Origin: a virus
Strand: one strand, 5' to 3'
Length of the DNA: 64,000 bases
Virus record (IMG/VR): IMGVR_UViG_3300024352_000023
Span: 1 to 64,000 of that record
Positions 9,056 to 17,343 of this stretch are shown piece by piece; positions within the stretch are counted from its first letter, which is position 1; each line of letters begins with the position of its first letter. The notes under the pieces were generated by a model. It searched no databases. It saw nothing but the letters and a program-made list of their open reading frames with translations, and was not told where the DNA came from. The translations under genes were made by a program, and so were the position numbers.

Positions 9056-11754
9056 TGGGCGTATTTGCTGATTACGTTAATACCTACGGAGATATTAAAA
9101 ATGCTTTGAATAGCGCAGAGCGTGCCAATGGTTTGTATGTAGATAACAATCCAGACTTGGCAGCGGAATGGGAATCAAATAAAAATAAGAAGAAATTTTT
9201 AGAACAATATCCAACCAAGGGTTCTTACGGTGCTTGGCATTACGATAATTTTGGTCGCAACGAAGGCCGTGAGATGTTTTACCACACGTTGGTAAGAGAT
9301 CCTGGTATTGGAACTGTTTTTTGGGATCGTTATGTTGATAACAATGGAGATGTAAATAAAGCCTGGAGAAATGCTGGTCAACCAGATAAATCAACTTTTG
9401 GACAACAGTATTGGAATAGAACGGGACGCGCTAGGGGTGATATGGTTCCAACCAGGGTTAGAGGCCCTGAGGGCTGGGGCCAAGCACACTGGCAAACATA
9501 TGGCGTCAATGAAGATCGTATCCTTAGTGGTGCAAAGTTTGGTCTTGATTCTCAAGGAAAAGTTTATGTAGCCAACCCAGGATCCATAGGTGCAGCGGCT
9601 AGAAGAAGATATGACGACGTTGTTAATACAATCAATAATGCAAAAGAAGGCACATATAAAAGTGTGATGGAAAGCCTAGGCAATCGCCTAGGTGATGTTG
9701 GATTAAGAGATTTAGTTGATAGCAACGGCATTGATACGTTAGCCGCGTCTTACCAGAGACGAATTACGCCCTGGGATTCCAGTAAAGCAGCTCAACCTCC
9801 AACGGGTGGCTTTGATGCAGGTTATTACAGGAACAATACCCCTGGAGGATCACAAGCAGAAGCTCAGTGGGATGCTGCTCAGGAAGCTGTCAATGTTGGT
9901 GGAGAAAGAATACCTGATCTTGATGTTGTAGGACGCTACAACTTTGATAGCTATCTCCACTGGCACTACACCACACAAGGCAAGGCTGCTGGGTACCGAG
10001 GTAACGAAGCGTCTCTTGCTGAGTTGCCTGAGTATTACGAAGAAGCAATGACCGATGCTGAATACCAGCAGTATCGGGACAAAGTTCTTGGGATAGAAGG
10101 GGAAACAATTTTAAGCAAGAGTGTTGGCACAGAACTTTCTGCAAAAGAGAAGCAGGTACAGCAGCAGTTTGGTTCGTTAACAAATGATTCGCTCAAAAAA
10201 GCAGCAGATGAATTAGTAAAAGCGAAAGCACGAGAAAGAGACTTTGAGTTTTATAAAGGACTCGAAGGGTTTAATGAGGTGATGACCATCAATGAAACCA
10301 TTACCAACTCATTGCTTGGTGATAGCGGCATTGGTGGCATCCTTGGCTTCGTTACCAATCCTGAGAAAGCAAGAGAGAGCCTAGAAGAAAGCTTGTCAAA
10401 AGCTACGGGCATTCCGACTTTTAATGGTGTCACCTACAACTGGCAAAAGTGGTTTGATGAGCAGCTTGCTGGTAACTACCAAAAAGGAATTACAGTACCA
10501 GATCCAGTTGATCCAACAAAAACCTATACATTAACTGGTGATTTTGCTAAGCGGTACATTGATGAATACCTGAAGCCGCGCTTTGATAACTCCAAGTCAA
10601 TGAGCGAGTTTATTAGTACGATTGAGCTTCAGCAGCAAGACAAGAATATCTTTGATGTTCAAAGTGCTTTGGTTAAGTTAAAAGATATTGCAGCGCTACG
10701 AGCAGAGGCTTATTTGGATGGTGTATATAACACTGCACCTCTTAACTTTAATGCAGATTTTTACATGAATCCAACCGGTAACTTTACGCCGGATGACCCA
10801 AAAGTTGCTAAGTATCAAGAACAGTCAAATCAGATCAACAGTGACTGGGAAACAGCAAGACGGAATGGAGAATCCAAAGTACCAGGTACTGATTGGACTT
10901 GGAACCAGTGGGCATACCATTACGGTTTAGATCTGAACGATAAAAATCAATTTGCCAAACTCCATTACCAAGTCGTTGGTGCAGGCAAAGGGTTTGATCC
11001 TGCTCGCGATGTGATTACCCTCAAAGATGCAACTGATTATATCAACACAAAAATTCTTCCCGAAATCGCATCAAAAGACATTGATCTTGCTGATGTTAAC
11101 TTCTTGAAGTTTGTTACTCCAGAAGAATTTGCCGACAGTGTTATTGAAGGTGTTAGCCCTGAAACTAACAAAGAAGAATGGGACAAAATGCTAGGAACCC
11201 TTGGTATTGCAGGCAAGGGCATGGGTGTTGATGATGTCAAACAATATATCGCAGATCAATTTAGAACCAACAATGCAGTTAACGTACGTGAAGCTATTAA
11301 ATACCTTAACGAAAAAGGAGTTACACCAACTCAGAAAAAGATTGGCGTCGAGTACATTCAGCGTCCTGAAGACGCAAAAACTACAACGTCACCGTATGCC
11401 ACCAGTCTTTACAAGGTTTTTAAAAATGCTGGGTATCAAGGAAGCGAAGATGATTTTTACGGCAAGTTCATGACCGATGTCAGTAAAGAAGAAATGCAGT
11501 TGATGGAACAGGGCGCTTCCGATAAAGGTCTGCAGCTTGGCGGTGCTTACGCAGGTCTAACCAGTAGCGATCCATTTACTGCCCTTGGTTCCGTCAGCAG
11601 CCTCTTTGGTTCCACAGAAACAGGAACTGAGAAAGAGAAAGCAACATCCAGTTATTTTAAACTGTTAGATGACGAAGAAAAAGAAGATTACAAATCCAAG
11701 TCCGGTGAACGGATTCTTGGTGAGTTTACTTCCCTCTTTAAAGGGTTTACTTGA
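9055..11754 (+). CDS. Large virion (internal/ejection) protein
   Basis: About 900 aa with N-terminal YV(D/N)-x-x-x-D...HY/W...G repeats; located in the late cluster. Confidence 0.45.
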   Translation: MGVFADYVNTYGDIKNALNSAERANGLYVDNNPDLAAEWESNKNKKKFLEQYPTKGSYGAWHYDNFGRNEGREMFYHTLVRDPGIGTVFWDRYVDNNGDVNKAWRNAGQPDKSTFGQQYWNRTGRARGDMVPTRVRGPEGWGQAHWQTYGVNEDRILSGAKFGLDSQGKVYVANPGSIGAAARRRYDDVVNTINNAKEGTYKSVMESLGNRLGDVGLRDLVDSNGIDTLAASYQRRITPWDSSKAAQPPTGGFDAGYYRNNTPGGSQAEAQWDAAQEAVNVGGERIPDLDVVGRYNFDSYLHWHYTTQGKAAGYRGNEASLAELPEYYEEAMTDAEYQQYRDKVLGIEGETILSKSVGTELSAKEKQVQQQFGSLTNDSLKKAADELVKAKARERDFEFYKGLEGFNEVMTINETITNSLLGDSGIGGILGFVTNPEKARESLEESLSKATGIPTFNGVTYNWQKWFDEQLAGNYQKGITVPDPVDPTKTYTLTGDFAKRYIDEYLKPRFDNSKSMSEFISTIELQQQDKNIFDVQSALVKLKDIAALRAEAYLDGVYNTAPLNFNADFYMNPTGNFTPDDPKVAKYQEQSNQINSDWETARRNGESKVPGTDWTWNQWAYHYGLDLNDKNQFAKLHYQVVGAGKGFDPARDVITLKDATDYINTKILPEIASKDIDLADVNFLKFVTPEEFADSVIEGVSPETNKEEWDKMLGTLGIAGKGMGVDDVKQYIADQFRTNNAVNVREAIKYLNEKGVTPTQKKIGVEYIQRPEDAKTTTSPYATSLYKVFKNAGYQGSEDDFYGKFMTDVSKEEMQLMEQGASDKGLQLGGAYAGLTSSDPFTALGSVSSLFGSTETGTEKEKATSSYFKLLDDEEKEDYKSKSGERILGEFTSLFKGFT

Positions 11755-12053
11755 TGTCTGATAAACACCGTAAGGCTGCAGGCGCAGCCAAGATTGCCAA
11801 AGATAAGATGGCTTGCAACAAGCCACAGAAGACCCCTGGTCATCCCACCAAGAGTCATGTGGTGAAGGCTTGTGAGGGCGGAGAAGAGAAGATCATCCGC
11901 TTTGGTCAGCAAGGAGTAGAAGGCGCTGGTAAACACCCAAAGACGGAAAAGGATAAGGCCCGTAAGCGTTCGTACTATGCGCGACATAACGCTCAAGATC
12001 CCAACCCTGACAAGATGTCAGCAAGATATTGGTCACATAAGGTCAAATGGTGA
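11754..12053 (+). CDS. Conserved basic phage hypothetical protein
   Basis: KIIRFGQQG...RKRSYYARH...SARYWS motif, common in tailed phages. Confidence 0.6.
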   Translation: MSDKHRKAAGAAKIAKDKMACNKPQKTPGHPTKSHVVKACEGGEEKIIRFGQQGVEGAGKHPKTEKDKARKRSYYARHNAQDPNPDKMSARYWSHKVKW

Positions 12054-12091
12054 TTTTCTCGCTAAGCTGCGTGAGCTGATTCCTTACCAGC

Positions 12092-12214
12092 ATGGCAAAA
12101 CCCAAGTCAACCACAATCCGTCTTGAGTCCAAACCGAAGCGCACGAGACAAGGCCAGGGGCGTAATTCTTTGCCTAGTCATGGCCGTAAACTACGTCGCG
12201 GTCAGGGTAAATAA
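12092..12214 (+). CDS. 40-aa basic small protein
   Basis: MAKPKSTTIRLESKPKRTRQGQGRNSLPSHGRKLRRGQGK*, read directly from the sequence. Confidence 0.55.
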   Translation: MAKPKSTTIRLESKPKRTRQGQGRNSLPSHGRKLRRGQGK

Positions 12215-12249
12215 TTTGTGTATGATTGGAGGTAATAATAGTTACCTCC

Positions 12250-12909
12250 ATGTCGGATCTTTCGCGTGCGATTAATCTAATTCGTAAACACGAAGGGTTT
12301 AACGAGAAGGCGTACTCAGATCCGGTCACAGGAGAAGAGCCCTATACCATCGGGTTTGGAACTCAGTTCTACCCCGATGGTTCTCCTGTTAAACGTGGTC
12401 AATGCTGCAGTAAAGAAAAAGCACTGGAGTATTTATTCCACGAAGCTTCTGTCATTGACACCCAGCTGATCAAGCTGAACCTGGGACTTGATGACAGCAT
12501 GCGTCAGGCCCTTATCTCCTTCATCCACTCCATCGGATGGGAGCCATTCCTGTACAGTAATGTAATCGATTGCATTGAACGGGAAGATTTCTGTGAAGCC
12601 ACCAAGGAGATGGGGCAGTGGATCTTTGATCAAAACCATTCCGTCGTCGGCACCCTTGTTGATCGCCGCCGGGAGGAAATTGCTTTGTTCCTTGCTGAAG
12701 TAGACGCCAATCCCTGGTCCTCCACAGAGATCTTGCTTGCTGCCTTCCGTAATTACACCGCTGCTCCCCACCAGGTGAGGGCAATCAGGTCCTTGGAAGA
12801 ACACATCAACCCTTACGTCCTGTCTAAGTTTGCCAACGACTTTGATATTGACGAGGATCCATGGTGCACCTTTGCGTCAGAGGAGCTCGATCTGCTGTTT
12901 AATAGCTAG
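12250..12909 (+). CDS. Lysozyme (GH24, phage lysozyme-like)
   Basis: LIRKHEGFNEKAYSDPVTGEEPYTIGFGT with catalytic E/D/T; LVDRRREE near the C-terminus of the domain. Confidence 0.85.
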   Translation: MSDLSRAINLIRKHEGFNEKAYSDPVTGEEPYTIGFGTQFYPDGSPVKRGQCCSKEKALEYLFHEASVIDTQLIKLNLGLDDSMRQALISFIHSIGWEPFLYSNVIDCIEREDFCEATKEMGQWIFDQNHSVVGTLVDRRREEIALFLAEVDANPWSSTEILLAAFRNYTAAPHQVRAIRSLEEHINPYVLSKFANDFDIDEDPWCTFASEELDLLFNS

Positions 12910-12945
12910 CATTAGAATAATTGCTAGGAATTAATGCAGAGTGGC

Positions 12946-13239
12946 ATGGAGCGTTCGGTAGAACCACGGGAGTTTGAACTACCTTTGGAGCTGCAATTTG
13001 CAATGCGCAAGGCCGAGCTCCAGGCCCAAGAGATGACATGGGATGAGCTGTATGCCGCTCTTTTGAATCTCTATCACCAACGCCTGATGGAATGGCATGC
13101 CATCAAGGACATCATGGCTGGTGAGAACATTGATATTGATGTGGACTGGCCCACGGATCTAGAGCTGGCAGAACTCGCCGCCGCTTGTGTGTACAGCGAC
13201 GACGAGGACGAGGAAGACGACGATCTTCAGCCGTTCTGA
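12946..13239 (+). CDS. nblA: NblA-like phycobilisome degradation protein with acidic tail
   Basis: ELPLELQFAMRKAELQAQEMTWDELYAALLNLYHQRLM matches the L-x-LE-Q-x-F...MS-x-EQ...L-x-x-LY-x-Q pattern. Confidence 0.6.
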   Translation: MERSVEPREFELPLELQFAMRKAELQAQEMTWDELYAALLNLYHQRLMEWHAIKDIMAGENIDIDVDWPTDLELAELAAACVYSDDEDEEDDDLQPF

Positions 13240-13769
13240 ATTTCGTCAATCTGCACTAAACGGTCCAGATACCACTGGGCCTTTTTTAGTGAAGTTGTTC
13301 CGCCTTTGATGCGTTCACGCCAAAGATATTTGACGCAATTGCCTTTCAGGTAACCACGGTACTCCTCTGGAGTCAACTGAGCTTCAATGGCTTCAATACA
13401 CTCAATCACACCATCGGTATAGTGCGACGGATGATTGACCTCATCTTCCTGGATCACAGGAGGACCATCAAACGTAAAGACAGGATTCTCTAAAGGTTTG
13501 GTGGCCCAGGGCACTGGGCACACACCATCCTTACATTCACCGAATGAAAGTACGTCAGGAGCTTCAGTACTTACCGGCGCAAACCAAGTCTTTTCGCTGA
13601 CAGCATCTTCTCCTTCTCGTCCGGCTCTTCCAGTTCCAAAACTAAAGAGCGGGGCTTCGGTGATGCTCCCATTGCTAGTCCCTCCTCCATTGAGGGAATC
13701 AATCCCGTTACTCCGGGACGCTTCATCCCCTCCAAGAATAACGGATTCCTTTCCAGACCTTGTTCGCAT
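13227..13769 (-). CDS. DUF3310 (SaV-like) protein
   Basis: VNHPSHYTDGVIECIEAI...GYLKGNCVKYLWR...LKKAQWYLDRL; start uncertain. Confidence 0.75.
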   Translation of the reverse strand: MRTRSGKESVILGGDEASRSNGIDSLNGGGTSNGSITEAPLFSFGTGRAGREGEDAVSEKTWFAPVSTEAPDVLSFGECKDGVCPVPWATKPLENPVFTFDGPPVIQEDEVNHPSHYTDGVIECIEAIEAQLTPEEYRGYLKGNCVKYLWRERIKGGTTSLKKAQWYLDRLVQIDEIQNG

Positions 13770-13915
13770 GCAACTAAACCTCTGTTGTACATGTCATACA
13801 AGGGTACATCATTTTCTTCGTTATCGAGAGGTTGACCGAAGTCACCTTCATCAAGACAACGACACATAACCTCGTCTTGTACAAACGCATCGAGGAAGGC
13901 GGCCGCGTTATGCAT
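13571..13915 (-). CDS. Hypothetical protein
   Basis: 114-aa ATG ORF overlapping the DUF3310 ORF. Confidence 0.45.
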   Translation of the reverse strand: MHNAAAFLDAFVQDEVMCRCLDEGDFGQPLDNEENDVPLYDMYNRGLVACEQGLERNPLFLEGMKRPGVTGLIPSMEEGLAMGASPKPRSLVLELEEPDEKEKMLSAKRLGLRR

Positions 13916-13955
13916 TGTATTTAAGCTTTTGATTCACTCCTTTTACAATGATACT

Positions 13956-14381
13956 ATGGCAAGATTCTATAACCCACGAGAAGGAGAGGAACGTCGTCCA
14001 GTTGAGATTGGATACGACCCCACTTCCGATGCTGGTACATCAGGCGCAGAAGTTTCAGACCTACGGCCAGAGCAAGCGTATGACACTGATTTGCGTCGCT
14101 TGCCGCAAGATGAACGCTTCCAAGCAGAGTCGTTAAACGATAATCAAGGACGTGTTGCCAAATTTATGCGGGCAGCAAAGTCCGCTGGTGCGTACAAGCT
14201 GCGTGCTGGTATTGATGAGCCAATGATTCGTGGCAGAACCCCCAGGGTTCCGGCTTCGATTCAAGGTGTGGCGCTACCAACGACCGGTGATTCGGGTGGA
14301 CGATCCGGCGCTGTTGGGTACGCAGATAAGCCCAAGCCAAGGTCTGGTCGGGCTTACAACTGGCTCGATGCGTTCTCTTGA
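13956..14381 (+). CDS. Hypothetical protein
   Basis: MARFYNPR... start a few nt after a TACAAT box. Confidence 0.5.
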   Translation: MARFYNPREGEERRPVEIGYDPTSDAGTSGAEVSDLRPEQAYDTDLRRLPQDERFQAESLNDNQGRVAKFMRAAKSAGAYKLRAGIDEPMIRGRTPRVPASIQGVALPTTGDSGGRSGAVGYADKPKPRSGRAYNWLDAFS

Positions 14382-14981
14382 TCAGACTTGAGAAAAAACG
14401 ACACGATCTGGTTGGTCTTGATACTTACCCTTGCGATCTTGGTAAGTTACATGACAGGGGTTGCCCCGATAGAAAAGCAACTGTGTGATGCCTTCGTTAG
14501 CATAAATGCGATTGAAGAGGCCAGTGCAGTTACTGATTTCAAGTGTTAGGTAACCTTCCCACCCACTTTCAGCGGGGGTGATGTTCACCAGGATGCCAGA
14601 GCGTGCATAGGTGGATTTACCGACAGCAACGACGGTCACATCACGGGGAAGCTTGAGACGCTCCTGGGCCACACCAAGACAGTATCCGTATGGAGGCAAC
14701 AGGAAGTATTGACCGCGCTCATCTTCCAAAAGCTCGGAAGGTTTCAGGATCTCAGGATCAAAGTTCTTTGGATCGCAATCACCTTCTGAAATGCGACCAA
14801 AGATGAGACACTGCTCAGGGGAAAGACGGATGTCATATCCATAAGAGCTCAAGCCATAACTGAGAAGCTTGCGACCATCTTCCTTGCTGACCAGATGGTC
14901 AACAAAGGGAGCAATCATTTCTTCTTCTTCTGCAAGCTGCTTGATTTCCCAATCGGCCAGAACGCTCATGGACCCTGTCAT
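14382..14981 (-). CDS. dcd: dCTP deaminase
   Basis: SYGLSSYGYDIRL, GKSTYARSG, EGYLTLEISN, YQDRKGKYQ. Confidence 0.92.
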   Translation of the reverse strand: MTGSMSVLADWEIKQLAEEEEMIAPFVDHLVSKEDGRKLLSYGLSSYGYDIRLSPEQCLIFGRISEGDCDPKNFDPEILKPSELLEDERGQYFLLPPYGYCLGVAQERLKLPRDVTVVAVGKSTYARSGILVNITPAESGWEGYLTLEISNCTGLFNRIYANEGITQLLFYRGNPCHVTYQDRKGKYQDQPDRVVFSQV

Positions 14982-15002
14982 TCGATTTTTAGTATACAGA
15001 AA

Positions 15003-15599
15003 TCACGAGAGAATATGCCCGCGTTCCGAATAAACATCAATGAAACGTTCGACTGCCACATCAGATGAATCTGTGGGCGGAAGATAGACAACTAGAGAAG
15101 TGCACGTCCGATGCGGCTTAATTCCTTGACTGTTATGACGCAACAGGCTAGGAGCAACCCTCAGGATGCATAAAGGAAAACTAAAAATCTTGGGCTCATA
15201 CCGTATCATGTCCGGACAATTGGTAAAGTAAATGGCTTGCTTGATTTCCTTCGCAAGCCAAGACCGATACAGCTTTCTGAACCAGACGGCGTGAGAGGAC
15301 GTAAGTGATGGAGAGGATGCCCGTGTCATCTTCCATCGTTCGTTCTTAATGTCCCAGAAGTATGCTCCCGCTGGTGGGAACAAATAAACATTCCCGTACC
15401 ACTGCTGTCCGTTCAACCCATCGTCCGATGGTGTAAAGAAAGCAGGGGCCTGGACGTATTCATTGGCAACCTTGCTGCTGGCAACATCGAGTTCGATGCC
15501 ACCCATCACTTCGTTGGCAGCAACGATCAGATCTGAGTTAGTAATCAACTCAGCATCTTCTGATCTTGATTTAACACCACGGACCCCAGCTTCTTTCAT
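15003..15599 (-). CDS. Phage N6-adenine DNA methyltransferase-like protein with altered catalytic motif
   Basis: IELDVASS..AN..V.A..FFT..DDGL...WYGNVYLFPPA; the family normally has NPPY here. Confidence 0.6.
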   Translation of the reverse strand: MKEAGVRGVKSRSEDAELITNSDLIVAANEVMGGIELDVASSKVANEYVQAPAFFTPSDDGLNGQQWYGNVYLFPPAGAYFWDIKNERWKMTRASSPSLTSSHAVWFRKLYRSWLAKEIKQAIYFTNCPDMIRYEPKIFSFPLCILRVAPSLLRHNSQGIKPHRTCTSLVVYLPPTDSSDVAVERFIDVYSERGHILS

Positions 15600-15985
15600 T
15601 TCTCCGATGTTTTGTTGTAATCAATCTCGCAATAGCGGATGCCATCTTTGTCATTAATGACGTAACCGGCTTTTTCCGTTGGATCAATCTTCTGTGCAGC
15701 CGAGAGGATGCGACGGAAAGTCTCTGCCATGTCGCCATCGTTGCTCCGTTCACAATCTTCTTGGGCCGAGTGAATTTCTTTGAGAGTCCAGAAGAACATA
15801 GAACGCTCCTTGTTTTCTGGTTGGAAGACCATCACTCCAGGTCCTTCCAGTTCCCACATCTTGCAATACTGTTGTCCCATGTCACCAAGGATGAGCTTGA
15901 TGGTGGCATCCAGCATCCGTGCCTTGGTTTGGTCCAGCTCTGGACCAATGACAGAAGCAATTAACTTTTCACGCCTGCTTACCAT
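15596..15985 (-). CDS. Hypothetical protein
   Basis: ORF translationally coupled to its neighbours. Confidence 0.55.
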   Translation of the reverse strand: MVSRREKLIASVIGPELDQTKARMLDATIKLILGDMGQQYCKMWELEGPGVMVFQPENKERSMFFWTLKEIHSAQEDCERSNDGDMAETFRRILSAAQKIDPTEKAGYVINDKDGIRYCEIDYNKTSEK

Positions 15986-16439
15986 TTTCAATCAGTCCTT
16001 GACGATGTAGGGATTCTAGAAGCTTTTCGGTCGGTTGATACAAGACAACAAGTTTGCCAAGGACGCCACGTTTTTTGACAAGTTTGCCGTTCTCGTCACG
16101 AACCTTGTCAAATTCACCGGAACGAATGAGGTACTCAGCAACGCAACGCAACCTTCTTTTGAGCGGCAACTCGGCTTGCGGAAACTTGCCGCAGATCGTA
16201 TCAGGTGCTAGATCCTGGAACGCAAGACGCAATCGATTGGCAAGGGTCATGCCAGAGTTGGCGTCTTCTTCTTCATAGTTTTTCAGGTTCTCCAGGTACC
16301 GCCTGAGGCATCCGTCGTCGAATGACCCCTCTGGTGGCATGAACATTTCGACTTGCCGGATGAGAGATTCCGGAAGGAGTTGCTCGTGATTCTCAATGGT
16401 TACGGAGGAGATATCAACTCCACGGAATCGATGGGCCAT
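15969..16439 (-). CDS. Hypothetical protein
   Basis: 156 aa, TAATG overlap with the upstream gene. Confidence 0.55.
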   Translation of the reverse strand: MAHRFRGVDISSVTIENHEQLLPESLIRQVEMFMPPEGSFDDGCLRRYLENLKNYEEEDANSGMTLANRLRLAFQDLAPDTICGKFPQAELPLKRRLRCVAEYLIRSGEFDKVRDENGKLVKKRGVLGKLVVLYQPTEKLLESLHRQGLIENGKQA

Positions 16440-16861
16440 TATTCAAGAAAGCCCCTGTCTGTCTTGTACATCTTGGTTGCACTGTCGCCTTTACCTCTTA
16501 GATCTCCTGATTCCAGGTCCCTGTTCTTGGAGAAGGATTGCACCAGTTGGTTCCAAGGCACGCGAAGGACAGCTTTACGGTTGGGATCAGGAGAGACATT
16601 GACGAAATGGATGCCTTCTGTCCATCCTTTATTTGGATCACGCCGACCGATGGCAATCCAATTACGGATGGTCTGATCGGAGACTCCCAATCGTTTTCCG
16701 CATTCTTCTGTCGAGATGTACTCATCGGCATAAGCCTCTGGATTCAACACATCAATTTCACCGGTTGAATAACGGCTGTGCCACATGGAACTAAGGACGT
16801 TCTTGATTCCTTTTAGTTCAAACGCAATATCTTCCAGGCTTTTGCGCAGACCGTATTTCAT
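16439..16861 (-). CDS. HTH DNA-binding protein (excisionase-like)
   Basis: YISTEECGKRLGVSDQTIRNWI...W.EGIHFV. Confidence 0.6.
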   Translation of the reverse strand: MKYGLRKSLEDIAFELKGIKNVLSSMWHSRYSTGEIDVLNPEAYADEYISTEECGKRLGVSDQTIRNWIAIGRRDPNKGWTEGIHFVNVSPDPNRKAVLRVPWNQLVQSFSKNRDLESGDLRGKGDSATKMYKTDRGFLE

Positions 16862-16915
16862 AGCGGCAAACATTTTGGTTAGATGCTAGTGTATGGGCAA
16901 ATCTTTTGCACCACG

Positions 16916-17287
16916 ATGGAAGAACAAATTCCTTCCAGTACTCCTACTCAGTCGGCTGAAAAGCCTCAAATGCCGCCTGCACTTCAGGGAATTACTCCTG
17001 AGATGCTGGAAGCCATGAAGGCTCGTGCACGGGAAGAAGCCGTTCGGATGACGATTCTGCAGCAGCAAAAGCAAGTGGCTCCTCCAGAGGAAGTCCCCGT
17101 GGCACCACGTCCGTCGATTCCCGTATTTCAGCCGCCACAACCGCAAGTTGTTTATGTGCGCCGCAACCTAACCGTTGCCGAACTCATTGTTGTCTTTGCG
17201 ATTGCTTGCGGCCTAGTCACAGGTGTTCAGGCAGCCTGGAACTTTACGACTAACCACTTACCGCGCATTGAAATCAAGGCTCGTTAA
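16916..17287 (+). CDS. Membrane-anchored hypothetical protein
   Basis: Pro/Gln-rich region followed by a C-terminal hydrophobic helix (LIVVFAIACGLVTGV). Confidence 0.55.
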   Translation: MEEQIPSSTPTQSAEKPQMPPALQGITPEMLEAMKARAREEAVRMTILQQQKQVAPPEEVPVAPRPSIPVFQPPQPQVVYVRRNLTVAELIVVFAIACGLVTGVQAAWNFTTNHLPRIEIKAR

Positions 17288-17343
17288 GTGGGTAGACACA
17301 CTGCGACTATAATTCATTTTATGGGGTTTTTGTGATTTAATAG

